Virus record (IMG/VR): IMGVR_UViG_3300044529_000082
Coordinates: 1-64,000 of that record
Strand: one strand, 5' to 3'
DNA length: 64,000 bases
Source of the DNA: a virus
The notes under the pieces are model-generated. The model did not search any database. It saw only the letters and a list, made by a program, of their open reading frames with translations, and was not told where the DNA came from. A program made the translations under genes and the position numbers. This document shows, piece after piece, positions 44,510-53,488 of the stretch (position 1 is its first letter; each line of letters starts with the position of its first letter).

Positions 44510-45568
44510 TCATGCGTTCAAAACGAGGTGCCCCTTGAGGATTTTCACGTCACTCGTCAGATACTTTTTATAAAAGCCGCGAGTGAAGTATCGAACGAAT
44601 TCCAGTCGGCACCGCGTAACAGAACCGTCCTCGGGATTGCGTTTGAATTCCAGAATGGCGCCCCCGATTTCCATACGCAGCCTTTTCTTGCGCGCGAAAA
44701 TGGTTTGGTCCTGCCAGCCGGGGAGCGAAACCACGTGAATGTTCCGGTCGTTCATCCAGTTTGACACGTGGTAATGCCCCTGCACCAGAATGGCAGGCTT
44801 CTCGCCGCCTTCGAATGCCTCGACCTGCTTCTGACCGGTGTAACTTCTCGCGTAGGAAGACCCGCCGCCTGGATGCTGAATCTTGATGATGGTGCTGGCT
44901 TTCTTGCTCTTCAGCTCGATGTCCGCCTCGACGTGGCCAATATAGACCAAGTCCTTGCGGCCTTGGTCGTGCGCCAGATACTGAAGATAGCCGCCGAAAT
45001 TGAATCCTTCTTTTTGCCACCATCCTTCGTGGTCGTCGCCCGTGATATAGTAGGTAGTGATGCCTTTTCGTGACGGGTAATTGTCAATGAAGTATTGGCA
45101 TTGGCCGTCAATCGAGGAATCGAAAACAGAATCTCCATTGATTTTCGGGACATATCCATCTACCGGATTGCCTGCGTGGAAAACCTCATGTATGCCTTCT
45201 TTTTCCAGCAGGTCATAAAACTGATGCAGCTCTGCTAGGCGCTCCTGCTTGCAGCAAAGATGCGTATCTCCCACGAGCCCGTAGCGAAACCATTCGCCCG
45301 AATCCGTCACGCTCAGCGGAAGGTGCCCAAACTCTGGCTTGGGCAGTTCCAGCTCTTTAACCTTTACCGGGACCGCCGTTTCGTATTCCGGCTCGATTTC
45401 TACCTTTGGGCGAGCCGCGGCCGGAATGTCAAACCGGGCCGCCGCTTGTTCCACCGCTTTGACCGAGCGATTCATCTGTTTGGATATCTCCCTCGTTGTC
45501 AGTCCCCGGCTGCGAAGGGCTCTGAGTTGCGTCACTTCCGTTTCCGTCCACTTGTTTGTTTTGCTCAT
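44510..45568 (-). CDS. Calcineurin-like metallophosphoesterase with N-terminal HTH
   Basis: GDTH, HAGN..DG, GDDHE, QHPGGG, GHYH; N-terminal WTETEV..L....G.T..EI...M.RS. Confidence 0.85.
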   Translation of the reverse strand: MSKTNKWTETEVTQLRALRSRGLTTREISKQMNRSVKAVEQAAARFDIPAAARPKVEIEPEYETAVPVKVKELELPKPEFGHLPLSVTDSGEWFRYGLVGDTHLCCKQERLAELHQFYDLLEKEGIHEVFHAGNPVDGYVPKINGDSVFDSSIDGQCQYFIDNYPSRKGITTYYITGDDHEGWWQKEGFNFGGYLQYLAHDQGRKDLVYIGHVEADIELKSKKASTIIKIQHPGGGSSYARSYTGQKQVEAFEGGEKPAILVQGHYHVSNWMNDRNIHVVSLPGWQDQTIFARKKRLRMEIGGAILEFKRNPEDGSVTRCRLEFVRYFTRGFYKKYLTSDVKILKGHLVLNA

Positions 45569-46097
45569 TCAGTTCTTGTATTGTTTCTGCTACTTTGCCA
45601 CGAAAAGCGTCATCGAAAGCGGCCAGGGCTTCTTCTGGAGAGGAGCCCAGACCATAGATGTTCGGATTTTCTGCCGAGCCGGTAAAGGCGGCATACTTGC
45701 CGTCCTGCAATAGCGCGAGGTTCGGATTGCAGATATGATGCGGCGATGCGGCCTCGACCGCCGCGTCTCGCTGCGCGCGGATGTATTCGAGGTTCATTTG
45801 CATCGCGCTCGCGTAGTCGTCTTCGACCTTCTTTTGAAAGGCGTAGTCCCAGCGTTGTTTGTCGGAAACGATGGCCTCGATGGCCTCGCATGCCTTGACG
45901 AAACAGTTTTCCGCCGCTACCGGCGCTTCGCCAAGAACTGGATGATACTCTCCATCCGGCTGCGGCGGCCGCGCATGAATCGCACTCAGCATGAATCCCG
46001 CGATATTCAGCAGCGAGTGCAGTTGCGCCTGCGTGGTCGTCTCCCGGGAGGAGACCACAACCCGGTTCAAATCCTGTTCTTTGATTTTATTTGCCAT
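45429..46097 (-). CDS. Hypothetical protein
   Basis: Start placed at MANKIKE. Contains a HicB-like GLGSSPEEALAAFD segment and overlaps the next gene by 140 nt. Confidence 0.55.
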   Translation of the reverse strand: MANKIKEQDLNRVVVSSRETTTQAQLHSLLNIAGFMLSAIHARPPQPDGEYHPVLGEAPVAAENCFVKACEAIEAIVSDKQRWDYAFQKKVEDDYASAMQMNLEYIRAQRDAAVEAASPHHICNPNLALLQDGKYAAFTGSAENPNIYGLGSSPEEALAAFDDAFRGKVAETIQELNEQNKQVDGNGSDATQSPSQPGTDNEGDIQTDESLGQSGGTSGGPV

Positions 46098-46584
46098 AGT
46101 TCGCGCGGGAGAGATTGTGCGCTGCCCAATAAAAAATCCAAAGGGCATCAATTGCGTTGTCGTCGAGCTTCGCGTTTTTCCATTTCGGATACTGCAAAAA
46201 CAGATGCTTTTCCATGCCTTTCTTGTCGGCGTTTCCCGAGCCGGTTGCAAACTTTTTCAGCGTGGTAACGGGCACGCATTCAATAGTTACCTGGGTCGCA
46301 AAAGCGAGCCACACGGCAGTCCGAAGGCTGGACCACATTTGGGTCTGTTTGCAGTAGGAGCTGAATTCAACATCTTCGAAGACTACCACATCGGGTCGCT
46401 CCAGGGAGCACAAAAATTCATAAAATCGAACCACCCGGGGGTCCCTCCTCCGGGTCTGCCGCTGCTTCCCCCAGGCGGTCACTTCGGCGCCGGTGGCCCA
46501 GGTCTTTGTATATGCCGACACTTCACCGCCCAGGTTAGTGGCGATGCCGGTCTTAGTCCCGAGGTCCAAGGCAAGAATTTTCAT
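46087..46584 (-). CDS. RuvC-like Holliday junction resolvase
   Basis: MKILALDLG, VFEDV, TLKKFATGSGNADK, DDNAIDAL. Confidence 0.88.
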   Translation of the reverse strand: MKILALDLGTKTGIATNLGGEVSAYTKTWATGAEVTAWGKQRQTRRRDPRVVRFYEFLCSLERPDVVVFEDVEFSSYCKQTQMWSSLRTAVWLAFATQVTIECVPVTTLKKFATGSGNADKKGMEKHLFLQYPKWKNAKLDDNAIDALWIFYWAAHNLSRANYGK

Positions 46585-47180
46585 ACGTTGAGAACCTTTT
46601 GCACTCTTTCTATGACCTTGGAAGCTATCGCCTGCGCCGCGGCTCGGGAAATGCCTAATACCTTGCCGGTTTCCTCGAACGTAAAATGCATGCTGAATAC
46701 CAGTTGCATAATCGTGCGTTCCCGGTCGGTGCATCGCTTGGCAAGAATCGCAGAGACCTCGGCCCAGCGTTCCCGGAAGCCGATAGAATCGAAATCTGGT
46801 TCGGAGTGCGGCGTATCGTAGTCTCGAATTTCCGAGTCCGGTGCTTCATCCAGAAAAACCGCGGTTGAGAGTTCAGGAACTACTTCTGCATTTCGCACGG
46901 TCGCCATAGTGGTTTTCCAATGACGCAGAAGCGAGCCCCGGATTCGCGGCTTGCAGTAGGCGAAAAATCGGCCGCGCTCGGGAGAGAACAACTTGGCCGT
47001 TTTCATCATCGCATCATAGCAGATGCTGACAAGCTCGCCATCGGGGATTTCGGACGCGCAGCACGCGCGCGCGTAGAGCACGGCCTCGTGCATATAGGCA
47101 ACCGAGAGGTCCTCGGGTTTCATCCTTGCTTCAGTTTTAGCGTCCAGTTCAGTTTTCGGAAAAGAATCGAGTATGTTCAT
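46581..47180 (-). CDS. Phage sigma70-family factor
   Basis: Region 2-like F.PERGRFFAYC..RIRG and region 4 TDRERTIM..F....TFEETGKVLGISR. Confidence 0.75.
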   Translation of the reverse strand: MNILDSFPKTELDAKTEARMKPEDLSVAYMHEAVLYARACCASEIPDGELVSICYDAMMKTAKLFSPERGRFFAYCKPRIRGSLLRHWKTTMATVRNAEVVPELSTAVFLDEAPDSEIRDYDTPHSEPDFDSIGFRERWAEVSAILAKRCTDRERTIMQLVFSMHFTFEETGKVLGISRAAAQAIASKVIERVQKVLNV

Positions 47181-47181
47181 T

Positions 47182-47256
47182 TTACGTATCAAAAGGATTT
47201 TTGGTTGTGGTTCCTTCACCGGCGGTGGTGCCCAGGTCGAGGCAGAGCAACTTCAT
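47182..47256 (-). pseudogene. Chimeric 24-aa scar ORF (RuvC N-terminus plus primase C-terminus)
   Basis: MKLLCLDLGTTAG-EG-TTTKNPFDT*, compared with RuvC MKILALDLGTKTG and the primase end PTTKNPFDK*. Confidence 0.7.
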
Positions 47257-47795
47257 CGGGCCTCCCAGCGATTTTTTACAAGCCCCATAACCGGGGCATA
47301 CGTGCGAGAAGTCAAGTGGTCCGCTTTCCTCCAGCCGGGAGCGACTGGTTTAGTTTTCCCAACCTTTTCCCACCCAGCCCCGCGTAGCGAAGCCCCCGAT
47401 TCCGTTTCCAGGGTATAGGTAATCATTTTACGACCGCCCATCGCCCGCCAGGCGCGCCAGCAAGCTTGATATAACATGGAGCACGCGCCTCGGGGAGCTT
47501 TCTCAACGGTGCAGACCCTAAGTACCTCTGAAGTAAACCCGTCCATGTAAGTTGCGGAAAGCGGGTTTCCCACGATAGCAACACCGACTTGCTCGCCGTC
47601 TAGCAGTAGAGAGATGGCAAACTTGCCGCCATTACGGGCAGTGCGACCGTTGTGCCGATGGTGCAACGCCACAAAATCATTAGCCTTGCGGAGGGTGGTT
47701 GGAGCTACCTGCAAAACTGCTTTAGAAATCTCATTGCACTGCCCTATAATTTTTGGCTCGGGTTCAGTTTTCGGAAAAGAATCAAGTATGTTCAT
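47253..47795 (-). CDS. XF1762-family / Mom-like GNAT-fold protein
   Basis: ANDFVALHHRH, GVAIVGNP, EVLRVCT, ACSMLY, GGRKMITYTLETESGASLRGAGW. Confidence 0.8.
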   Translation of the reverse strand: MNILDSFPKTEPEPKIIGQCNEISKAVLQVAPTTLRKANDFVALHHRHNGRTARNGGKFAISLLLDGEQVGVAIVGNPLSATYMDGFTSEVLRVCTVEKAPRGACSMLYQACWRAWRAMGGRKMITYTLETESGASLRGAGWEKVGKTKPVAPGWRKADHLTSRTYAPVMGLVKNRWEAR

Positions 47796-47796
47796 T

Positions 47797-50031
47797 CTAC
47801 TTATCAAAAGGATTTTTTGTGGTTGGCGTGATTGGACCAGCTTGAATCGTGGGAGCGACGGCGACGGGGACCCCAAGAACGTCTTCGAAGGCGGTCCGCT
47901 TGAAAATCCAAACGCGGGTCTTGAGCTTTCCGCTATCCGCCTCGCAGTGCAGCAGGCCCTCTTTCTGGATTTGCTCCAGGTATCGGTTGACTTGGTCCAT
48001 TTTCAGGCCGCGCATTACGTGGTCATTCAACGGATTCGAGGAGAGCAGCCGCATGAGCTGAGTAACGGTGCCGCGCCATTCCGGCTTCTCCAGGTCTTGC
48101 CGAAAATAGTCTGAGAGAGATTCGATTAGCAACTCCTTGAAGGGTCCGATGGACTGAGATTGATTCGTGCGGTCCAGCAGCAGTTCATCGTGGTATGCTT
48201 CCCAGCCATAGCGCCCGTAAGGCTTCACCAGCTCCTGCGGAATCTCGACCGTCATCACAGCTTTGATAAAGTAGGGCAGCTCGACGCTAAGAATCCGCGC
48301 AACCTCGGCCCGCGAGGGAAACGCGAAAGGAACCTCATTGCACCGATAGATGTTCGTTTTTTCGAGCGTAGCGGAATCCTGTGGGCCGATAATGCGCATC
48401 GAATTAGTGTCCAGGTTCAACGTTACCCCGAGCCGACCGGAGAATTCCACCATACTCTGTTTTTGGAATTTCGCATGAGACATCATAGTCTGATTCGCGG
48501 CGATTTTCTTGAACATATTCGAAGTTCGCTGCATGTTCGCGGGGGAGCCAACAACCGTTTCGTCATCGATTACCCAGTGGCCGACTTCGAACAAGTGGGC
48601 GTTGAACATAGAAAGACCGAGAAAATACTCGCTCGCGTCCATGAATCCGCCGACCGAGGCGCCGATATAGTGCCGGTTAGCAAGGGTCTTTCCCGAGTTG
48701 TGGACTCCCGCGAGGAAAATGTTTTGCCCGGGCCGCGGACACCAGTCATTCACGCTTATCAAGAGGTATTGATACCAAGCGATGAAGGACCAGTAAGCTT
48801 TTTCCTCGTTCAGCATATGCCGAAACAGGGCCGAGGACCAGGGCGAGTTGCCGAGGGGTCCCAGGACCTGGGTGCCCGCCGCGGGGGTAATCGGCTTCCG
48901 GAAATAGGTGTTCAGAATGCGGCCGCTGTCCCGGGTAATGATGCCCGGGCGCTGGAAAGCAAATGACGCGGCAGAGACGATGCGATTGTTGCGATAGATG
49001 TAGTTCATCGCCTCGTCCATTTGAGAAATCCCAGTCTGTTTGTCGCCCTTGGTAGAAATCCGGCAGTTCACTTTCAGATAATTCGCCAAGGCATCTTTAT
49101 TCGTAAGCTGATAGATTCCCTCGACGCCCTGCATAAAGAAATCGTGGCCGTCGAAGAAAATGTTCTCTGTCGATTTGGATATGGCGCCCTGGGACCAGCC
49201 TTTCGCGAATTCCGTACCTAAGATATCGCTCCAGGTGTTAAAGGGCTTCGTGGCGTGCGCCGCAAATGTCATCATTCCGCCGGGCTTCACAATGGCGGAC
49301 ATGGGGCTCGTCGATTCAGGAATCCAGAATGTTGGACCCTGCGAATTTAGTTCGAACGCGGAGGGCCACGCGAACGAGGGATACTTTTCTCGAAGAGCCT
49401 TTTCGACCGCGTCCAGCGGCACGTCTGATTCGACGCGCGACGGCTTGAAATCGAAATCCCGCGCGGCATCCACAAGAAAAGCCTGAACCGCGTCCATGGG
49501 CAAATCGCCGTGCCCGGTGTCCAGCCATTGGCAGCCGTTGCATAGATACCGCGTGGGGGTTTCAAATGCCGATTGGTCCAGACAGGGAAGGATGTCGAGG
49601 TTCAGCCATTTCACCGCGCGCTTGCACAGGAACTGGTCAAAGTTAAAATTGCCCACGTGTATCCCGCGCGGAAGAGTGAAAACCAGCCGCCAATTATGGC
49701 CCAGGCTCTGCTCGATTCGACTTGGCTTCAGGGGCATCTGCTTAACTGCCTCGGCGATGCGTTCGTGCGATAGATTGAGGGTATCGTAATCGGCAGCGAA
49801 ACCCCACCGAACGTGCGGCGGGTTCTCGTCCTTCGTGATTCGCGCATTCGGATTCAACGGCTCGACCATCGAATAAAAGCTGTGCCGGGTGCCGGGATTG
49901 GAATACCACGCCTGCCGGGCGGCTTTGTTCTTTCGCACGTCTTCCGAAAGGACTTCCGCGGGCTTGAAGTCCCACGGGTTTCCTTGTTGCGCAGTGACAG
50001 AGACCAGATTGTGTATGTAGTAGAGCGGCAT
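47797..50031 (-). CDS. Primase-helicase (AEP-like N-terminus plus SF3/DUF5906 ATPase)
   Basis: ADYD motif in the N-terminus; Walker A AGVHNSGKT, FN, IDDE, TLN. Confidence 0.8.
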   Translation of the reverse strand: MPLYYIHNLVSVTAQQGNPWDFKPAEVLSEDVRKNKAARQAWYSNPGTRHSFYSMVEPLNPNARITKDENPPHVRWGFAADYDTLNLSHERIAEAVKQMPLKPSRIEQSLGHNWRLVFTLPRGIHVGNFNFDQFLCKRAVKWLNLDILPCLDQSAFETPTRYLCNGCQWLDTGHGDLPMDAVQAFLVDAARDFDFKPSRVESDVPLDAVEKALREKYPSFAWPSAFELNSQGPTFWIPESTSPMSAIVKPGGMMTFAAHATKPFNTWSDILGTEFAKGWSQGAISKSTENIFFDGHDFFMQGVEGIYQLTNKDALANYLKVNCRISTKGDKQTGISQMDEAMNYIYRNNRIVSAASFAFQRPGIITRDSGRILNTYFRKPITPAAGTQVLGPLGNSPWSSALFRHMLNEEKAYWSFIAWYQYLLISVNDWCPRPGQNIFLAGVHNSGKTLANRHYIGASVGGFMDASEYFLGLSMFNAHLFEVGHWVIDDETVVGSPANMQRTSNMFKKIAANQTMMSHAKFQKQSMVEFSGRLGVTLNLDTNSMRIIGPQDSATLEKTNIYRCNEVPFAFPSRAEVARILSVELPYFIKAVMTVEIPQELVKPYGRYGWEAYHDELLLDRTNQSQSIGPFKELLIESLSDYFRQDLEKPEWRGTVTQLMRLLSSNPLNDHVMRGLKMDQVNRYLEQIQKEGLLHCEADSGKLKTRVWIFKRTAFEDVLGVPVAVAPTIQAGPITPTTKNPFDK

Positions 50032-50086
50032 GGTTATTGAGGAAAATTAGGCCGCGCAAACTTTCCCTGCGTGAGAGGAATCAATT

Positions 50087-52048
50087 TCATTTTCCGTAGC
50101 GCTCCATGATTTTTGCCTCGGCGGCGACCGGAAGGCCCGGAATCCACTCCGGCGTTTTTCCCATTTCCCGTTCCACGTCTTCAACAGAAACGCTCGGGTC
50201 AGTCTCTAGTAATGCTTCGTCGTGAACGCTTAGAATACAGGGCCACCCTCGGCGGTCCATGTTCACGAGCTGCCACGCGAAAACGTCTCGGGCCGCCGCC
50301 TGCACTACGTTTTCGAGGATTCGCGAGCCCCACAATTCAAATCTTCGGCCGCCTATCCCGGCAGTATAAGCCGTTTTCCGGATTGGCTTTTTAGTCTCGG
50401 GGTCCACGTCAATTTTTATTCCGCAACGGACGTCCTCATATACCAAAGCCCTTCCGGAGGGTAACGTGACTTTGAAATCCTGCCCCACAGAACTACGCAA
50501 AGCGTCATCCAGCCGGGACCAGAGCCCCGTTATTTTAGGGCTGGCTTTTCGGAATTTTTCAACCGCACTCCGGCTCGTTTGCCCGTATCCGCTTTTTGAA
50601 ACAGTCTCTCCGGTAATCGGGTCTTCAGTTTCAATAAGCTCTGGGTCTTGGGCACAGAGGTCAATTCCTCCGGTTGCTGCAATCTTGATGAACTTACGCC
50701 AGCCCGCGCCATACCCCAGCCCGAGCACCATAATCTTGGTCATCTTGTAAAAGTCGGAAGCTTTGTCCATCTTGGGACCAGAGTATTCAAGCGCGGTTCG
50801 CGCGAAAGCTTCATACACGCTCATGCCCTGGCTAACCGCGTCGAGCAGCGGTTTATTACCCCCCAACCACGCGAGCACCCGAGGCTCAATGGTCGCGAGG
50901 TCTGACACGATGAGTCTCTTTCCCGGACGGGCCATAATCATGGACCGAACATCGAGCGCGCCGCGGACCCATCCCGGCTCTTTGCCCGTTGCTTTTATCA
51001 CGGCGGAGCGTTCTGCGAGCCGTTTTACATCGTGTTCCATAAGTCCATGCTCGTTGCAGACGACCGGCTGTCGCAAAAGATTTTGCATGTTAAGCTTGCC
51101 ATCGCCAGAAAAACGACCGGTATGCGCTCCCCAATATTTCAGCGAATACGGCATTGTGCCATCTTCCCGAGAGCGAAATTTCATCAACTCAAAAGTTTTA
51201 TAGAGCCGATTAATCGAACGCCAGTTCGACACTTCATAAATCCAGGGATGCTTAGGGCCGTGAGTCTCTTCCCACAGCTCAAAGCCTTCAAGGTCGTCAA
51301 CTTTGGCAGGAGGACACGGGATACCGACCCGCCGACAATTTTCTGCGATGCATTTGCTGCTCGTCGGTTTTGTGTTGAAATCGTCCCAATCTTCGGCGCC
51401 TGCCGTCCAGGGAACTTGCTTTTCAGTATTCTTCAGCATCTCGTGCGCGAGACAGAGCGCCGCATCCAGCCGGTCTTGGTCTAGCTGCACGCCGCGCTTG
51501 CCTTGTTCGATTGTGAACCGACTCAAATATCGTTCTGTAGCGGGCCACTGGTTCCCGAACTTGTCCCAAAGTCGCCACGTCCAAATCGCGTCGTCCTTGG
51601 CGTATTTGAGCATCGCGGTTTGCTCCGAGGCGGTGAAATCATTTGGCCATTTTTTATTGTCGGCGTCTGCTCGGACTGATTTGTCGAGCTTTACCTTGAA
51701 CAGATACTCGACCGCATCCGCCAAAGCGCGGCGGTTGCACAAATACGATGTGAGGTTGGCCGTGCAGACCCACTCCGCGACATTTATCCTGGGAGCAAGG
51801 CCCCGCTTGACCATCTCTTCATAGACGCTTCCGTCGAACCTATAATTATGGCAGAGCACAACGGCCCCTTCCAGGGCGCTCCAGTTAAAGTCTTTTGGGG
51901 CTCCGCTCCACGAGTGCGTTCCGTCGCATACGGACAAAAGATATGGGTCAAAGCGCTCGTCGGCACAATAGATTTCCGGAAGATTCCCGGCGACTGAATA
52001 CTTTAGCTTACGTGAAAAAAACGTTTCAAAGTCAAGTGCGATTGGCAT
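50087..52048 (-). CDS. DNA polymerase family A with 3'-5' exonuclease
   Basis: ALDFET, HNYRFD, YAKDD, GAHTGRFSG, SDLATIEPR, K..VLGLGYG, ENVVQAAARD, VHDE. Confidence 0.93.
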   Translation of the reverse strand: MPIALDFETFFSRKLKYSVAGNLPEIYCADERFDPYLLSVCDGTHSWSGAPKDFNWSALEGAVVLCHNYRFDGSVYEEMVKRGLAPRINVAEWVCTANLTSYLCNRRALADAVEYLFKVKLDKSVRADADNKKWPNDFTASEQTAMLKYAKDDAIWTWRLWDKFGNQWPATERYLSRFTIEQGKRGVQLDQDRLDAALCLAHEMLKNTEKQVPWTAGAEDWDDFNTKPTSSKCIAENCRRVGIPCPPAKVDDLEGFELWEETHGPKHPWIYEVSNWRSINRLYKTFELMKFRSREDGTMPYSLKYWGAHTGRFSGDGKLNMQNLLRQPVVCNEHGLMEHDVKRLAERSAVIKATGKEPGWVRGALDVRSMIMARPGKRLIVSDLATIEPRVLAWLGGNKPLLDAVSQGMSVYEAFARTALEYSGPKMDKASDFYKMTKIMVLGLGYGAGWRKFIKIAATGGIDLCAQDPELIETEDPITGETVSKSGYGQTSRSAVEKFRKASPKITGLWSRLDDALRSSVGQDFKVTLPSGRALVYEDVRCGIKIDVDPETKKPIRKTAYTAGIGGRRFELWGSRILENVVQAAARDVFAWQLVNMDRRGWPCILSVHDEALLETDPSVSVEDVEREMGKTPEWIPGLPVAAEAKIMERYGK

Positions 52049-52251
52049 TAGTGGTAGTAGGGTATCCGGTCAAGTTTCGCGCGAAGGTCGTCAATGACGC
52101 CTTCCTGTTCCAAAAGTTTCTCCTCCGCCCGGGCGAGCCGGACGTATAGTGATTCGTTTTCTCGCAGCGCTTTAGCGAGTTCGGGACAATGTAACTCCGC
52201 AACTGGGCTGGCGTTCGACGGCTCTTTGGATAATTCTGGCAATGACTTCAT
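52048..52251 (-). CDS. Small coiled-coil protein
   Basis: ORF coupled to the polymerase start. Confidence 0.5.
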   Translation of the reverse strand: MKSLPELSKEPSNASPVAELHCPELAKALRENESLYVRLARAEEKLLEQEGVIDDLRAKLDRIPYYH

Positions 52252-52513
52252 TAGTTGCTTCGGTTAATTTATCAGTTAAAGCGCCGGAGGGGAACATAAG
52301 ATTGCATGATACCTGAGGATGTGTAAGCGTTGGGTGCTCGTTACGAAGCTTGCGGACTAGCGCTTCAACGTCAGCTTTAATCTGGTCCACAAATTCCGCC
52401 GACACTCTCGTAAACTTTCCAGCCCGGCATTGTTTAGAGCATTCCAGCGCATGCTGGCGGATGGCCGACTCGTTAAGATACCGGCCTGAAGCTAAATCTA
52501 GAATTTCACTCAT
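52172..52513 (-). CDS. Putative histone-fold-like protein
   Basis: LNESAIRQ-helix, TRVSAEF-long helix, V...PS.GVTL pattern. Confidence 0.4.
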   Translation of the reverse strand: MSEILDLASGRYLNESAIRQHALECSKQCRAGKFTRVSAEFVDQIKADVEALVRKLRNEHPTLTHPQVSCNLMFPSGALTDKLTEATNEVIARIIQRAVERQPSCGVTLSRTR

Positions 52514-52517
52514 TGGC

Positions 52518-52550
52518 AAAAGGGCGGCCCGGCTTGGGACCGAGCCGCCC
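52518..52550 (-). terminator. Rho-independent terminator after the SSB gene
   Basis: On the - strand, GGGCGGCTCGG-N7-CCGGGCCGCCC-TTTT. Confidence 0.7.
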
Positions 52551-52568
52551 TGCATCGGGGTTCGGGGA

Positions 52569-53381
52569 CTAGCCTTTCAGGACCTTATCGGCGAAGGCCA
52601 GAAACTCCGGCGTGCTGGCCTTTGCGGGCACCAGCACCGGGAGCCATGCGAAATTGCCCCCCTGGAAGGGAGTCAACTTCGTTGAGGCGGCAAAGCTGAA
52701 CGCGGGGTAGCCTTTCTGAAGGCAGCCGGTCAGCTTCGCGGGGAACACCACGCGCTTGCACGCGGCGGTGTATGCGGACGCTTTGAACGACCAGAACGCC
52801 AGCGCGTATTTCAGGCCATTGACTTCATGCACGAACAGCGCGCCGTCATCCGCGACGTGCTCGGGACGCTGAATGGCGACCATGGCGCGAACCGTGGGCA
52901 CGAAATACTTCATGCCCTGAGCCTTTTTCAAACTCCACTCGCCATAGTCCAGGGTGCCGCCGGACGCGGTGACCGCCTGCTCCGTGTTCACTACGATGCC
53001 TCGGGCGCCACCGGCGACCTTTTCCGCGTAACGGGGCGTCTCGATTCCGAGAAATGTCACGATGCACGGGGGCAGCGCAGCGCGGCGAACGGTGCCGGTC
53101 GCAGTGTCGATGTCGGGCGGAGCGAAAAGCACCACTCGATTGTCATACACGATGGAACCGTGCGGGAACGTTTTCCCGATTTCGCCAACCGGGTGCGCGA
53201 TGTTCAAGGCCGGAAGAATCACGTCCCGAAAACCGGGAATGTAATCGGCCGCGAGCGGCCGGGCGACGGCACCGGCGCCAGTGGTATCGGGAACTTGAGA
53301 CTCGTTTTGCGGAACCGCGGCGGTCTCAGGGGCTGCGGTTTCGACCGGCGTGGCACCGGCACCAAAATTAACTTCGGACAT
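52569..53381 (-). CDS. Single-stranded DNA-binding / annealing protein (putative)
   Basis: Highly biased codons, position between the nuclease and polymerase genes, D..LP.L.I and G..F.W motifs. Confidence 0.5.
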   Translation of the reverse strand: MSEVNFGAGATPVETAAPETAAVPQNESQVPDTTGAGAVARPLAADYIPGFRDVILPALNIAHPVGEIGKTFPHGSIVYDNRVVLFAPPDIDTATGTVRRAALPPCIVTFLGIETPRYAEKVAGGARGIVVNTEQAVTASGGTLDYGEWSLKKAQGMKYFVPTVRAMVAIQRPEHVADDGALFVHEVNGLKYALAFWSFKASAYTAACKRVVFPAKLTGCLQKGYPAFSFAASTKLTPFQGGNFAWLPVLVPAKASTPEFLAFADKVLKG

Positions 53382-53488
53382 ACTATTTATTTTCCTTTGG
53401 TTTGTGTGTTTATGTTTTCTGCAAATTTGGAAAATTCAAGCAAGCAAATTCCCCAAAAATTTCGCGTGCGGCGCGGTCATGATTAATT

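Larger units (their letters stand above)
47148..47824. repeat. ~60-bp imperfect direct repeat flanking the Mom-like gene
   Basis: TTCAGTTTTCGGAAAAGAATC(G/A)AGTATGTTCATT..TATCAAAAGGATTTTT at ~47148 and ~47763. Confidence 0.9.
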
